Shown here: positions 1-8,439 of the stretch, piece by piece | Numbering within the stretch: the first letter of the stretch is position 1 | How the letters are laid out: the number at the start of each line of letters is the position of its first letter | NCBI GenBank assembly: GCA_004212095.1 | Contig: RXIJ01000032.1 | Coordinates: 1-49,808 of the forward strand | Length of the DNA: 49,808 bases | Direction of reading: 5' to 3' | DNA from: Methanosarcinales archaeon | Lineage (GTDB): Archaea > Halobacteriota > Methanosarcinia > Methanosarcinales > EX4572-44 | Made by a program: the position numbers and the translations under genes | The notes under the pieces: generated by a model | Database searches by the model: none | Told to the model about the DNA's origin: nothing | The model's input: the letters and a program-made list of their open reading frames with translations, nothing else

Positions 1-565
1 TGTGAGAACTAAAGTTATCCGGTATTGTGATAATCCTTCCTTTCGGGTTTGCCTTCCGACCGTTTTAAGAAACATCGGATATCCTCCTTTTTTGAACGCT
101 TACGAAAACAATAACTGATTGTCCGTTTATTGGATGAAAACCAAGGGTGTTTGCCCTAAGTTTACTGGTATTTTTATAGATGACCGTTTTTCCGAATGAC
201 CATGATTTTTGGGTATTAGATGTTGTTTGCGGGGATGATCTGTCAAAAAATCCTATTATGTCTTTATCAGTTACTTCTGGCAATCTTTTTTTAAAATACC
301 CTCAGCATCTTTTGGTATTATGCCATCGTACCCTTCTTCATTCCAATCGTTCTTGCCAAATATAACCTGTGTTCTTGCTGACACCAACAAAATCCGAAGC
401 CATTTCAACACTTTTATCGTTGTATCTATGCTTGGTAAAATATAGCCTCTTCAACACCGTTGTATCCTTCTTAAGATGTTTGATGCGTTTGGACAAATCT
501 TGAACCGTCAGATGTCTCTTTATTTGAATTTGTCCTGTTTTTACCATTAGTCCGGTGTATGGCAT
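1..565 (-). mobile_element. IS630/Tc1-mariner-family transposase remnant, frame-disrupted and cut by the window edge
   Basis: ORF 338..565 gives an HTH-like N-terminus ending GVSKNTGYIWQER. Shifting one frame continues WNEEGYDGIIPK...DRSSPQTTSNTQKSWSF (ORF 65..283). A third frame at 1..64 reads ...IITIPDNFSSH, a DDE-like aspartate context. At least two frame changes are needed to join the pieces. Confidence 0.6.
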
Positions 566-676
566 CTATAAATCTTAAATGTTTAGTTCGTGACTATAAT
601 CGAGTACGCCGTGATCAAGATATTTGTCTGCGATAATTGTCAAAATTACTGGTTTTTTAGATAGTGCTCCAGATGT

Positions 677-850
677 TTATTTTGCCAGTGCTTTTGGTGA
701 GCGTGCAATTCGTTTTCTTTTGGTACCGTCCGCTGCATACCGCTGTGCTGGGCCTGGTCGTTTATATTTTACCTCACTTCTTGGCATCATTCTAACATGT
801 CCTTTCCTACCTTTTATACGTACCCATTCAATCGAGCCTGTTTTTCCCAT
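677..850 (-). CDS. small basic protein (57 aa), below the ORF-track length cutoff
   Basis: ATG at 848..850 and TAA at 677..679 on the minus strand. It translates to MGKTGSIEWVRIKGRKGHVRMMPRSEVKYKRPGPAQRYAADGTKRKRIARSPKALAK. I prefer it to the low-complexity plus-strand ORF 624..872 over the same DNA. No family is assigned. Confidence 0.35.
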   Translation of the reverse strand: MGKTGSIEWVRIKGRKGHVRMMPRSEVKYKRPGPAQRYAADGTKRKRIARSPKALAK

Positions 851-978
851 ATATTATTCTCCAAAATTCTAATAATTATTTAACAGACTTCACACATACT
901 ACATATATCTTTCTGTTGAATATGCTGTTTGTGCAGTCTCAACTCTTTATAGTTTCTTATATGTATATAAAATAAAAA

Positions 979-1719
979 TTATATTATTATTTCCATCCCA
1001 TCATAACCAAGTGGCCAAGTTTCAATGGCCTCATCATGCGGCTTATAGAGGTGACTTATGTGTGTGAAAATCACTTTTCTTGCTCCTGTCTTTCTATACA
1101 GTTTGAATGCTTCTTCAGAGTTCATATGTTTTATGAGTTTGATGTGGGGGGGTGTTATAGCATCAGCAATGAGAAGGTCTGCCCCCATCATAAGTTCGAT
1201 GCTCTGCTCTGGGATGGCTGGACCAGTGTCTCCAGTAATAACTATTTTTTTGTGATTTTGCTCTATCAGCACGCCCGCACAATCCTTCTGCGGAGGGTGG
1301 ACGACTTTAAATAGCGTGAAGATTGCTCCAGCAATCTCGAATGGTTCATAAAGTCTGACATCGTTTCGTTCCGGATGTAAGAAATGTAAATAACTTAAGA
1401 TGTAGTTTAGGGTGGTTGTTATGCCATACACCGGAACATGTTTTTGCACTCTATAAAATTCCGGATAGCCAGCATAATGATCGTAATGCCCATGAGTCCA
1501 TATACAGGCATCTATGTGAGAGATATTTTCACGAAGCAATTGTTTGCGAAGGTCCGGACCGGTATCGATAAGAACCTTACCTTTTGTTGTTTCAATAAGT
1601 GTGGCAGATCTGAGTCTGCTGCTGCGTCCCCCACGTGATGCATCCTGGCATGTCTCGCAGTTGCAGCCTATCTTTGGTGTGCCTGCCGCATCTCCGGTAC
1701 CAAGTAGCGTAATCTTCAT
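979..1719 (-). CDS. MBL-fold metallo-hydrolase (PhnP-like)
   Basis: It has the HxHxDH motif (WTHGHYDHYAG) and an N-terminal LLGTGDAAGTPKIGCNCETC. Its start overlaps the upstream gene stop by 4 nt. Confidence 0.8.
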   Translation of the reverse strand: MKITLLGTGDAAGTPKIGCNCETCQDASRGGRSSRLRSATLIETTKGKVLIDTGPDLRKQLLRENISHIDACIWTHGHYDHYAGYPEFYRVQKHVPVYGITTTLNYILSYLHFLHPERNDVRLYEPFEIAGAIFTLFKVVHPPQKDCAGVLIEQNHKKIVITGDTGPAIPEQSIELMMGADLLIADAITPPHIKLIKHMNSEEAFKLYRKTGARKVIFTHISHLYKPHDEAIETWPLGYDGMEIII

Positions 1720-2981
1720 GAAACAATTTCTGTTTTTAAAATTATTCGTCGATCAAAGGATTGTATAGCTTTTAAGAGATCCTGCTGGATGAGCTTTGTT
1801 CTGTTTGTGAGTAGAGCGCTTAATACTGCATCCTTAACTACCACTCGCAGATCTGAACCGGAATAGCCATCTGTGAGTTCTGATAGCTCCCCTGTGTTTA
1901 TTTCGCTGTCGATGTTTTTTGTGATACAATCAAAGATACCTTTTCGCACTTGTTTGTCCGGAAGCGGGAAGTCCACTATTTCGTCAAATCTGCGCCATAC
2001 TGCACGATCAAGCAGATGTGGGTGGTTCGTGGCTGCAACGAGAAGAACCCCATCTCTAATAAGACTCGTTTCGTCAATGGCTTTCAGCAGTGTGTTCACT
2101 GCCCGCTTGAGGGCTGCATTCTCATCAGACGAACGATTTTTAGCCACAAAATCAAATTCATCGATGAAGAGAACGCAGGGCGACAGCTCCTTTGATAGAT
2201 GAAACACACGATCGATGTTTTTTGCAGTCTCTCCAAGGTACTGGTCTGTTATCATCGAGAGACGTACTTCTATAAATGGCAGATGCAGTAGTTTTGCTAG
2301 TCCACTTGCTGTACTCGTCTTGCCTGTTCCGGTAGCACCTACAAACAATAGTTTTCCTACCTCAAGGAGCCCTATTTTTTTTAAGTATTCTCTGTGTTGA
2401 ATGGCACTGGAAATCCTCTTAACACCATTCTGCTGCTCTTCTGTTAACACCAGACTATCGAGTGTTTGTTCGATCTCTTCAGGTGCAAGGATGTATACAA
2501 GTTTTAGCATGTCCTCGCTATTCTTTTCAGCAGCAATATCTTTAAGCAGGGAATCTATCCACTGTCTGCTCGCTTCTTTTGGCTTATTGGCTTTTCTGGC
2601 TTTTTCATAACTAATATCAAGCATTTCTTTTTTTTCAAAGTGGTGAGATAGCACCGGATTTTTTTGTATAAGCTCTTTTGCATCCGGTTGTTTTGCAAAC
2701 CATTTGCTTGCAATATCAAATACCGTGATCTTGATCTGTGAACCAAATTCCTCAAATTCAATAAAAGGAAGTTTTTTCAAGGATTCTCTTATGCCATTGA
2801 CACCATATATCCTTTCAACATCAATCTCTGCCACGCAAATCGGTCGAGAAACTGTTTTATTCTTTAAATTCCAATAATATGTTCGGATATGATACGGCAG
2901 GTCATCCACACTGAAAGTTTCGATTTTGTTATACAGTTCAGCAGTCAGTACCAGTTCGGTTACGTTGGTTGTTAAATCCAT
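1716..2981 (-). CDS. AAA+ ATPase (classical AAA clade) with an unassigned ~190-aa N-terminal domain
   Basis: Walker A is GATGTGKTS, Walker B is LFIDEFD, and the second region of homology is ATNHPHLLDRAVWRRF. Confidence 0.85.
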   Translation of the reverse strand: MDLTTNVTELVLTAELYNKIETFSVDDLPYHIRTYYWNLKNKTVSRPICVAEIDVERIYGVNGIRESLKKLPFIEFEEFGSQIKITVFDIASKWFAKQPDAKELIQKNPVLSHHFEKKEMLDISYEKARKANKPKEASRQWIDSLLKDIAAEKNSEDMLKLVYILAPEEIEQTLDSLVLTEEQQNGVKRISSAIQHREYLKKIGLLEVGKLLFVGATGTGKTSTASGLAKLLHLPFIEVRLSMITDQYLGETAKNIDRVFHLSKELSPCVLFIDEFDFVAKNRSSDENAALKRAVNTLLKAIDETSLIRDGVLLVAATNHPHLLDRAVWRRFDEIVDFPLPDKQVRKGIFDCITKNIDSEINTGELSELTDGYSGSDLRVVVKDAVLSALLTNRTKLIQQDLLKAIQSFDRRIILKTEIVS

Positions 2982-3036
2982 TATTATCTACCCTAAAAAA
3001 CTAAGTATTTAAGTAAGTCAAATAAAATATAGTTTT

Positions 3037-4137
3037 CTATAATTTATCTGGCATTACAGGCATAAGGTCTTTCTTCTTCATCCACCAGTATGTCATACAA
3101 CCAGATAATATCATCGATACAAAAAGGAGCAACAAGTACCACCAGAGATCCTCTGGCCCTTTATCACCAAAAAAAGAAGTCCCGTATATGGTTGCAATGG
3201 TATTTGGAACAAGCACCGCTGTTCCTATTACTGTTAGCCATGCCATAAGTAGTGACACCTTATTGTTTAATACCTGGAGCTGGTTGTTGTAGATACTCTG
3301 GAGTATTTCAAGCCCTGACACTAATACCTCTGACATGTGTTCTCCAAGAGCAATCTGGCGATTCACATCGTTTGCAAGGATTGTAAACATCGCCAGCAGA
3401 TGTTCATCATCGCTTATGAGTTCAGCATCACCGTAACGAAGAGAGGATATCACATCAAGGGTTGCCCACAACGCATCAAGATATGCCACCAGTGCATGCT
3501 TCATGTTGTATATCTCTGGTGCAAGCATGGATCTTGAGGATTTTAAATCAAGGAGCGAACGGCTGATCTCATCTCCTTGAGATTCTATCTCCCGCAAATG
3601 GTCAAAGTTTCCATTATTATTCTCATCAATTAATCTGGTAAGTAGAGTTGTTATTTTATCCGGAGTTGAGAGTTTTGGATCTACTTTTTTCAAGAAGGTG
3701 GGCGCATATCTGGAAAATCTTGTAAAACGTACAGCATCGGTGTGGTGAATTGTAATAATCAAATTTTTTTTGATTAGAATTAACAGTGGTGTAACCTTGA
3801 CATCAAATTTTTTCCCGACAACAGCCGGCAGTCTCATCCCAAGTTCTGTATCAAGATCCTCATAGACAGAATAATAGTCACCAAGAAGTGTTGGAACGAG
3901 TGATGAGATAAAACCAACGGAAACCGACAGCTTTTGTGCTTCTTCCATGTCTTTAACTGAAAAGTCTATCCATGCAAGACCGGTACCAGCTAAAAATGGT
4001 ATGAACTCAACTGGTGAATCTGCTATCATTTTAACCTGCCTGCCAGTTGGTGTGAGGGCTATACAAAAAGCCTTTTTTTTGTGCACATCAAATGAAGAAT
4101 CGGGAACGTATTTAAAAACTCCGCTGAGTTCTACCAA
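3037..4137 (-). CDS. corA: CorA-family divalent cation transporter with a variant signature motif
   Basis: 366 aa with two C-terminal TM helices. The loop motif reads YGTSF where CorA has YGMNF. Confidence 0.75.
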   Translation of the reverse strand: MVELSGVFKYVPDSSFDVHKKKAFCIALTPTGRQVKMIADSPVEFIPFLAGTGLAWIDFSVKDMEEAQKLSVSVGFISSLVPTLLGDYYSVYEDLDTELGMRLPAVVGKKFDVKVTPLLILIKKNLIITIHHTDAVRFTRFSRYAPTFLKKVDPKLSTPDKITTLLTRLIDENNNGNFDHLREIESQGDEISRSLLDLKSSRSMLAPEIYNMKHALVAYLDALWATLDVISSLRYGDAELISDDEHLLAMFTILANDVNRQIALGEHMSEVLVSGLEILQSIYNNQLQVLNNKVSLLMAWLTVIGTAVLVPNTIATIYGTSFFGDKGPEDLWWYLLLLFVSMILSGCMTYWWMKKKDLMPVMPDKL

Positions 4138-4154
4138 AATTCCACAAATTTTCC

Positions 4155-4354
4155 AAAACCGTAAGCTTTGTATTGATTCAAAACTCGATTGATTCGCAAC
4201 CGAGAGTTATTTCTGCACAATGAAGTTGTGCAGTTTCTCGAAAACCGTAAGCTTTGTATTGATTCAAAACTCGATTGATTCGCAACCGAGAGTTATTTCT
4301 GCACAATGAAGTTGTGCAGTTTCTCGAAAACCGTAAGCTTTGTATTGATTCAAA
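4155..4354. repeat. tandem repeat, 86-bp unit x ~2.3
   Basis: Unit starts (aaaaccgtaagc) fall at 4155, 4241 and 4327. Each full unit contains the hairpin ctgcacaa-tgaag-ttgtgcag (motif at 4211..4233 and 4297..4319). Confidence 0.9.
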
Positions 4355-4480
4355 TATATTCAAAATATTAGTGATGTGTATGAAACTAAACTTCCAGCAA
4401 GATCTGTTGTGGCTTATTTAGAGTTTATGCTTAGAATTTTTGGAATTTATACCACCAGATATTGAGCAATTACGCTTGGA

Positions 4481-4616
4481 GGGGGTTGTAAACTCTCCCT
4501 GTGTTATGCCAGAACTCTAATTTTTTCATGCGTTCAAACCTGAGAATAGTAGACATTATACTTGAATACACAACCGGGTTGAAACAATACTAACACTCAA
4601 CAACTTTACAAGCCCC
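4481..4616 (+). repeat. ~135-bp dispersed element, copy 1 (forward orientation), upstream of the taw2-like gene
   Basis: gggggttgtaaactct...catgcgttcaaac...caactttacaagcccc aligns along its length with 44618..44750 and with the reverse complements of 7175..7321 and 22366..22484. Confidence 0.85.
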
Positions 4617-4743
4617 GATAGCAACAAAATTTATACGTAATGCAAATAACGTGCAAGAGAGGCTCGAGAAACATTTATGTGCATTATTTCAGATATACTT
4701 GAGATGCTTGCTGGCGATGGGCATATCTAAAAGTCGTGTTTTT

Positions 4744-5571
4744 ATGAAAAAAAAACTCCTTGCACAGCAGTTAGAGAATTGCATTGGTAGTGATGAGCTT
4801 GCACTGCTTCCTCGGAGCTGGTATCTCATAGGTGATGCAATCATTGTTCGGTGGAAAAGTGGGGTAACCGTATGGAAATTGATTGGAGAAGCACTGCTAA
4901 CAATATATCCGCGTGCCAGATACGTACTCTTGGATTATGGTATTTATGGAAACTTTCGAGAACCAAAAAGGGAGTTAATTGCATCCCGTTGTGCCATCAC
5001 ATCTTTTGAGACAATTCACCGGGAAAATGGTTGTCTTTTCAAGATTAATCCAATGCGCATTATGTTTTCAGCAGGCAATCTGCACGAGAGACAGCTGCTA
5101 AATGGAATCTGTGATGATGAAGTGGTTATTGATATGTTTGCTGGAATTGGGTATTTTACTGTCCCTATAGCGGTGCACTCAAAACCAAAAAAGATACTTG
5201 CAATTGAACTAAACGCACAATCGTACCAGTATCTTAAACAGAATATTAAACTGAACAGGATCGAACCACGAGTTGTGGCACTACATGGTGATTGTAGTAA
5301 ACTTACACCAACTAATGTGGCAGACAGGGTGATTATGGGCTATTTATCATCAGAAAAGTACCTTCTGTCTGGCATCACCGCACTAACAAGTGGCGGAACC
5401 CTTCATTACCATGAAGCAGTTCCGGAGGTACTCTATCCACAACGTCCGATCAAACGAATTAAAAGAGCAGCACTTGAGTCAGGATGCGAAATCAAATCAA
5501 TCGGATGCAGACGAGTGAAAAAGTATTCCCCAGGGGTTCTTCACTCATGTTTTGATGTGACAATCAGGTAA
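4744..5571 (+). CDS. Trm5/Tyw2-family SAM-dependent tRNA-modifying enzyme (Taw2-like)
   Basis: SAM motif I is VIDMFAGIGYFTVPIA, and MFSAGNLHER is Trm5/Tyw2-like. ATG 4744 is chosen because the ORF-track GTG 4651 adds an implausible leader. ATG 4717 is also possible. Confidence 0.7.
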   Translation: MKKKLLAQQLENCIGSDELALLPRSWYLIGDAIIVRWKSGVTVWKLIGEALLTIYPRARYVLLDYGIYGNFREPKRELIASRCAITSFETIHRENGCLFKINPMRIMFSAGNLHERQLLNGICDDEVVIDMFAGIGYFTVPIAVHSKPKKILAIELNAQSYQYLKQNIKLNRIEPRVVALHGDCSKLTPTNVADRVIMGYLSSEKYLLSGITALTSGGTLHYHEAVPEVLYPQRPIKRIKRAALESGCEIKSIGCRRVKKYSPGVLHSCFDVTIR

Positions 5572-5595
5572 TCACTTCAAAACATAACAATCTTA

Positions 5596-7014
5596 TTAAC
5601 CGTTAATCTCTTTTAGTATTTGTTCTGGCTTTCCAATGTCAATGAATGATTTCCAGCGTTTAAGGCATGCATCGCGATAATACGACTCGTTTAGAAACTG
5701 GCGTGAAAATCCATATATTGAAAGCTTCTTACGCACATTGTATAGGGTTGCGTCATCAATATCTATCTTCATTTTTCCGGATGTTTTGCCACGATCAAAA
5801 TCTGTCCATGATTTAGCCTTGATAATTCCAGCCCTTTCTGCCTCATCAAACAGGTAAGTCCCTGGCGTAGGAGTAGTAATTCCAACGTATACCATCTCAG
5901 GCTGCATAGATTTTATCAATTTTATAGTCTTATCAATGTCTTCGTAAGTCTCACCAGGAGTGCCAATCATAACATTGCTAACAACGATCAGCCCTTCTTC
6001 CTTACATATTCTCAGTACATCATATGACTGCTTCTCTGTTGTACCCTTGCCGAGAATATCAAGCACCGACTGCGAGCCCGATTCAATCCCGATGCACACG
6101 CTGATGCACCCGGCATCTTTTAACCTGTGTGCCATATCCTTGTTGATGGTGTCGGCCCGGGTGTGACAGTACCAGGCTATTTTTTCACTCAGTCCACGCT
6201 TCTTCATCTCCTCGCAGAACCTGTACGTCCATCGTTTGTTCACTGTAAAAGTATCATCTTCGAGCATGAGTCCGCGAAGATTGTAGCGAGATATTAGGTA
6301 TTCGATTTCATCAAACACGTTTTTAATACTTCGATACCGTGCCCTGTTGCCAAAAATCTTGTTCAGGCAGGGCTGGCAGAACTTGCATGTAAATGGGCAC
6401 CCCCTGCTTGCAAATACATGAAGAGCAGGTGAGGGCAGTGGAAAGTTGGTCACAGGGTTTGAAAGCACTTTATCAAGAGGAAAAATATCTCTTGCCGGGA
6501 AAGGCAGAGAATCAAGATCAGCAATCGGCTCACGTCCTTGATTACGAACTAATTTTCCATCCTTGTAGTATATAATCCCTTTAACAGTGTGCAACCCCCT
6601 CGCACCCTCGAGCGCTTCTATAATTTCCCATACCGTGTGTTCGCCCTCGCCAACCACTACAATGTCCACATCCTTCTCTCTTATAACTTCATCCGAACAG
6701 ACGGTTGGATGAGGGCCTCCGAGCACGACAACAGCACCAAGATGTTTTTTTGCAATACCTGCAATCCGCAGGGCACGCGGCATCTCTATTGTCATAGCAC
6801 CGATACTTACAACATCAGCGCCACTTGCTGCAATACTGTGTGTGGCTTCATCCCAACTATTAAGAAATCGAAGGTCCAATCCTTCGACCTGTACACCATG
6901 CTTTTGCAGATAGCTTCCAATGTATGCAAGACCGATAGGAAGGTAGCTTGTTTTCATGTCAAAAGATTCGCCAGGGGAAACCAACAAAACCTTCAAATCA
7001 ACAACACCAGACAA
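5596..7014 (-). CDS. B12-binding-domain radical SAM protein
   Basis: The N-terminus is a Rossmann-like B12-binding region (LKVLLVSP...GLAYIGSYL). The radical SAM cluster motif is CPFTCKFC (CX3CX2C). Confidence 0.85.
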   Translation of the reverse strand: MSGVVDLKVLLVSPGESFDMKTSYLPIGLAYIGSYLQKHGVQVEGLDLRFLNSWDEATHSIAASGADVVSIGAMTIEMPRALRIAGIAKKHLGAVVVLGGPHPTVCSDEVIREKDVDIVVVGEGEHTVWEIIEALEGARGLHTVKGIIYYKDGKLVRNQGREPIADLDSLPFPARDIFPLDKVLSNPVTNFPLPSPALHVFASRGCPFTCKFCQPCLNKIFGNRARYRSIKNVFDEIEYLISRYNLRGLMLEDDTFTVNKRWTYRFCEEMKKRGLSEKIAWYCHTRADTINKDMAHRLKDAGCISVCIGIESGSQSVLDILGKGTTEKQSYDVLRICKEEGLIVVSNVMIGTPGETYEDIDKTIKLIKSMQPEMVYVGITTPTPGTYLFDEAERAGIIKAKSWTDFDRGKTSGKMKIDIDDATLYNVRKKLSIYGFSRQFLNESYYRDACLKRWKSFIDIGKPEQILKEING

Positions 7015-7048
7015 TACATAATGCAGAGTTTTTTATAGATGGATAAAC

Positions 7049-7122
7049 TGGGCCTGCTGCGATTCGAACGCAGGACCTCACGGTTATCAGCCGTGCGCTC
7101 CACCTGGCTAAGCTACAGGCCC
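7049..7122 (-). tRNA. tRNA-Ile (anticodon GAU), no encoded CCA
   Basis: The reverse complement reads GGGCCTG-TA-...-CACGG-CTGATAA-CCGTG-...-TTCGAATC-...-CAGGCCC-A. This gives a 7-bp acceptor stem, a 5-bp anticodon stem, a loop with GAT at positions 34-36, and a T-loop TTCGAAT. Confidence 0.9.
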
Positions 7123-7146
7123 ATTGTAGAGTAACAAAACAGGCAG

Positions 7147-7163
7147 TATTATATTTAAGTTTT
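7147..7163 (-). promoter_or_regulatory. BRE/TATA-like box for tRNA-Ile
   Basis: The minus strand reads aaaacttaaatataata, centred ~30 nt upstream of the tRNA 5' end. This is the typical archaeal spacing. Confidence 0.45.
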
Positions 7164-7174
7164 CCTTTCTGTGA

Positions 7175-7321
7175 GGGCTGTCAACTTATTGTGTGTTGGC
7201 ATCGTTTCGACCTGGTTGTACATTTAGGCATAATGTCTACTATTCTTAGATTTTTGAACGCATGAAAGAAATTAGAGTTCCGGCATAACACCCAAAGAGT
7301 TTACAGCCCCCTGCATAAGAA
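7175..7321 (-). repeat. ~135-bp dispersed element, copy 2 (reverse orientation), upstream of tRNA-Ile
   Basis: The reverse complement gggggctgtaaactctttgggtgttatgccggaactctaatttctttcatgcgttcaaa... aligns with copies at 4481 and 44618. Confidence 0.85.
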
Positions 7322-7364
7322 AGTCTTAAGTAGTCTAAACGTCATTATTAAAGTGGATGATAAT

Positions 7365-7982
7365 ATGAGTGTTGGACAGGAATTATTGAATGTTCCCTTT
7401 GGGGATATGATAAAAGAGATGGCATTAGCTATCGCAGAGAGTCAACAGGCACTGGATATGAACTCGATAGAGGTTGCACAGGCGCTTGCCGAGATAGAAC
7501 TTCCGGCAGGTAGTGTTATCCTAGCGATCGAGCAACCGGTTGATGAAGATGGCAATCCGACCGGTTCACCCACGCTGGTTACAAACACGGATCCGATGAA
7601 CCTTCTAACATACGGTCTCCAGCCAAGGTTCTATGAGTTCACAGAGTCGATCATCGAAGTGAAGATGACGATCTCGATGAAGACTGAGCGATCGCTTGAG
7701 AGGGAGTATAAGAAAGAGTTTAAGTTCAAGAATAAGACTACATTTGAGAGCAGCTTTAAATCAGGCGGTTTATCAAGCTTCTTATTCGGAAAAGCTAAGG
7801 CAAAACTCAAAACAGAGACCACGGTTGCATACACTTCAACCTACAACGCAAAGTACAAATCCAAGTACACATTCTCAGAGACCGGAACGAGTCTCCTCAG
7901 GACAACTTTGAAGCCGGTACCTCCACCAGAACGCGCGGTACCAACTCTTAAGATACAGGCTCCAGCTTCAGGATCTCCATAA
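7365..7982 (+). CDS. hypothetical protein, paralog A of a pair
   Basis: It shares the pattern P.G..(I/L)K...(I/L)AE(S/A)Q.ALD.NSI ... Y.F.E....E.KM..SMK with ORF 8022..8438. The upstream GTG 7353 is an alternative start. Confidence 0.6.
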   Translation: MSVGQELLNVPFGDMIKEMALAIAESQQALDMNSIEVAQALAEIELPAGSVILAIEQPVDEDGNPTGSPTLVTNTDPMNLLTYGLQPRFYEFTESIIEVKMTISMKTERSLEREYKKEFKFKNKTTFESSFKSGGLSSFLFGKAKAKLKTETTVAYTSTYNAKYKSKYTFSETGTSLLRTTLKPVPPPERAVPTLKIQAPASGSP

Positions 7983-8021
7983 TCCTCCCTTTTTTTTATC
8001 CTTTAAGGAGCGGGATTATTT

Positions 8022-8438
8022 ATGGGAAACGAAGCTGGAAAGAAAGTGGTCATTGAAACGCTCGTAGCACCGCTTGGAAGTATCCTCAAGTCTGTTGGAG
8101 CTTCGCTTGCAGAAGCGCAGCATGCACTTGATGAGAACTCGATTGCAACACAGAATGTGATCGATCTCGCGGTTGAGAATGGTGAGACCAAGTACGATTT
8201 GCAGGCACAATGGTATCACTTTCCCGAGGTTGATCTTGAACTTAAGATGGCTCTCTCGATGAAGGCAGAGGCAGAGGTTGATAAGAAAGGAAAGATACGA
8301 GGGTACAAACCGATTCTAAAATCGGCACCGATAAATGCGGCTTACAAAAACACATATAACTATGATACCAGTGGTTCAAGCCAGATAAAGGCAAAAATCG
8401 TCTCGATACCACCTGTTTCAAAGATTCAAGAAGAATGA
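8022..8438 (+). CDS. hypothetical protein, paralog B of the pair
   Basis: A good RBS (aaggag) lies 8 nt upstream of the ATG. It carries the shared motifs LAEAQHALDENSI and YHFPEVDLELKMALSMK. Confidence 0.65.
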   Translation: MGNEAGKKVVIETLVAPLGSILKSVGASLAEAQHALDENSIATQNVIDLAVENGETKYDLQAQWYHFPEVDLELKMALSMKAEAEVDKKGKIRGYKPILKSAPINAAYKNTYNYDTSGSSQIKAKIVSIPPVSKIQEE

Positions 8439-8439
8439 T

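Noticed and set aside
624-872. 82-aa plus-strand ORF.
   Set aside because: It is hydrophobic and low-complexity with a non-ATG start. The opposite strand carries a compact ATG-to-TAA 57-aa basic ORF that looks more gene-like, although that one is also uncertain.
4178-4363. 61-aa minus-strand ORF in the corA / taw2-like intergenic region.
   Set aside because: It lies entirely within the 86-bp tandem repeat, and its translation is repeat-derived.
7123-7352. Possible integration (att) site at tRNA-Ile for the downstream 7.35-9.8 kb cluster.
   Set aside because: I could not find a direct repeat of the tRNA 3' half downstream in the window, and no integrase gene is present. The sequence next to the tRNA is the dispersed 135-bp element rather than an att duplicate.
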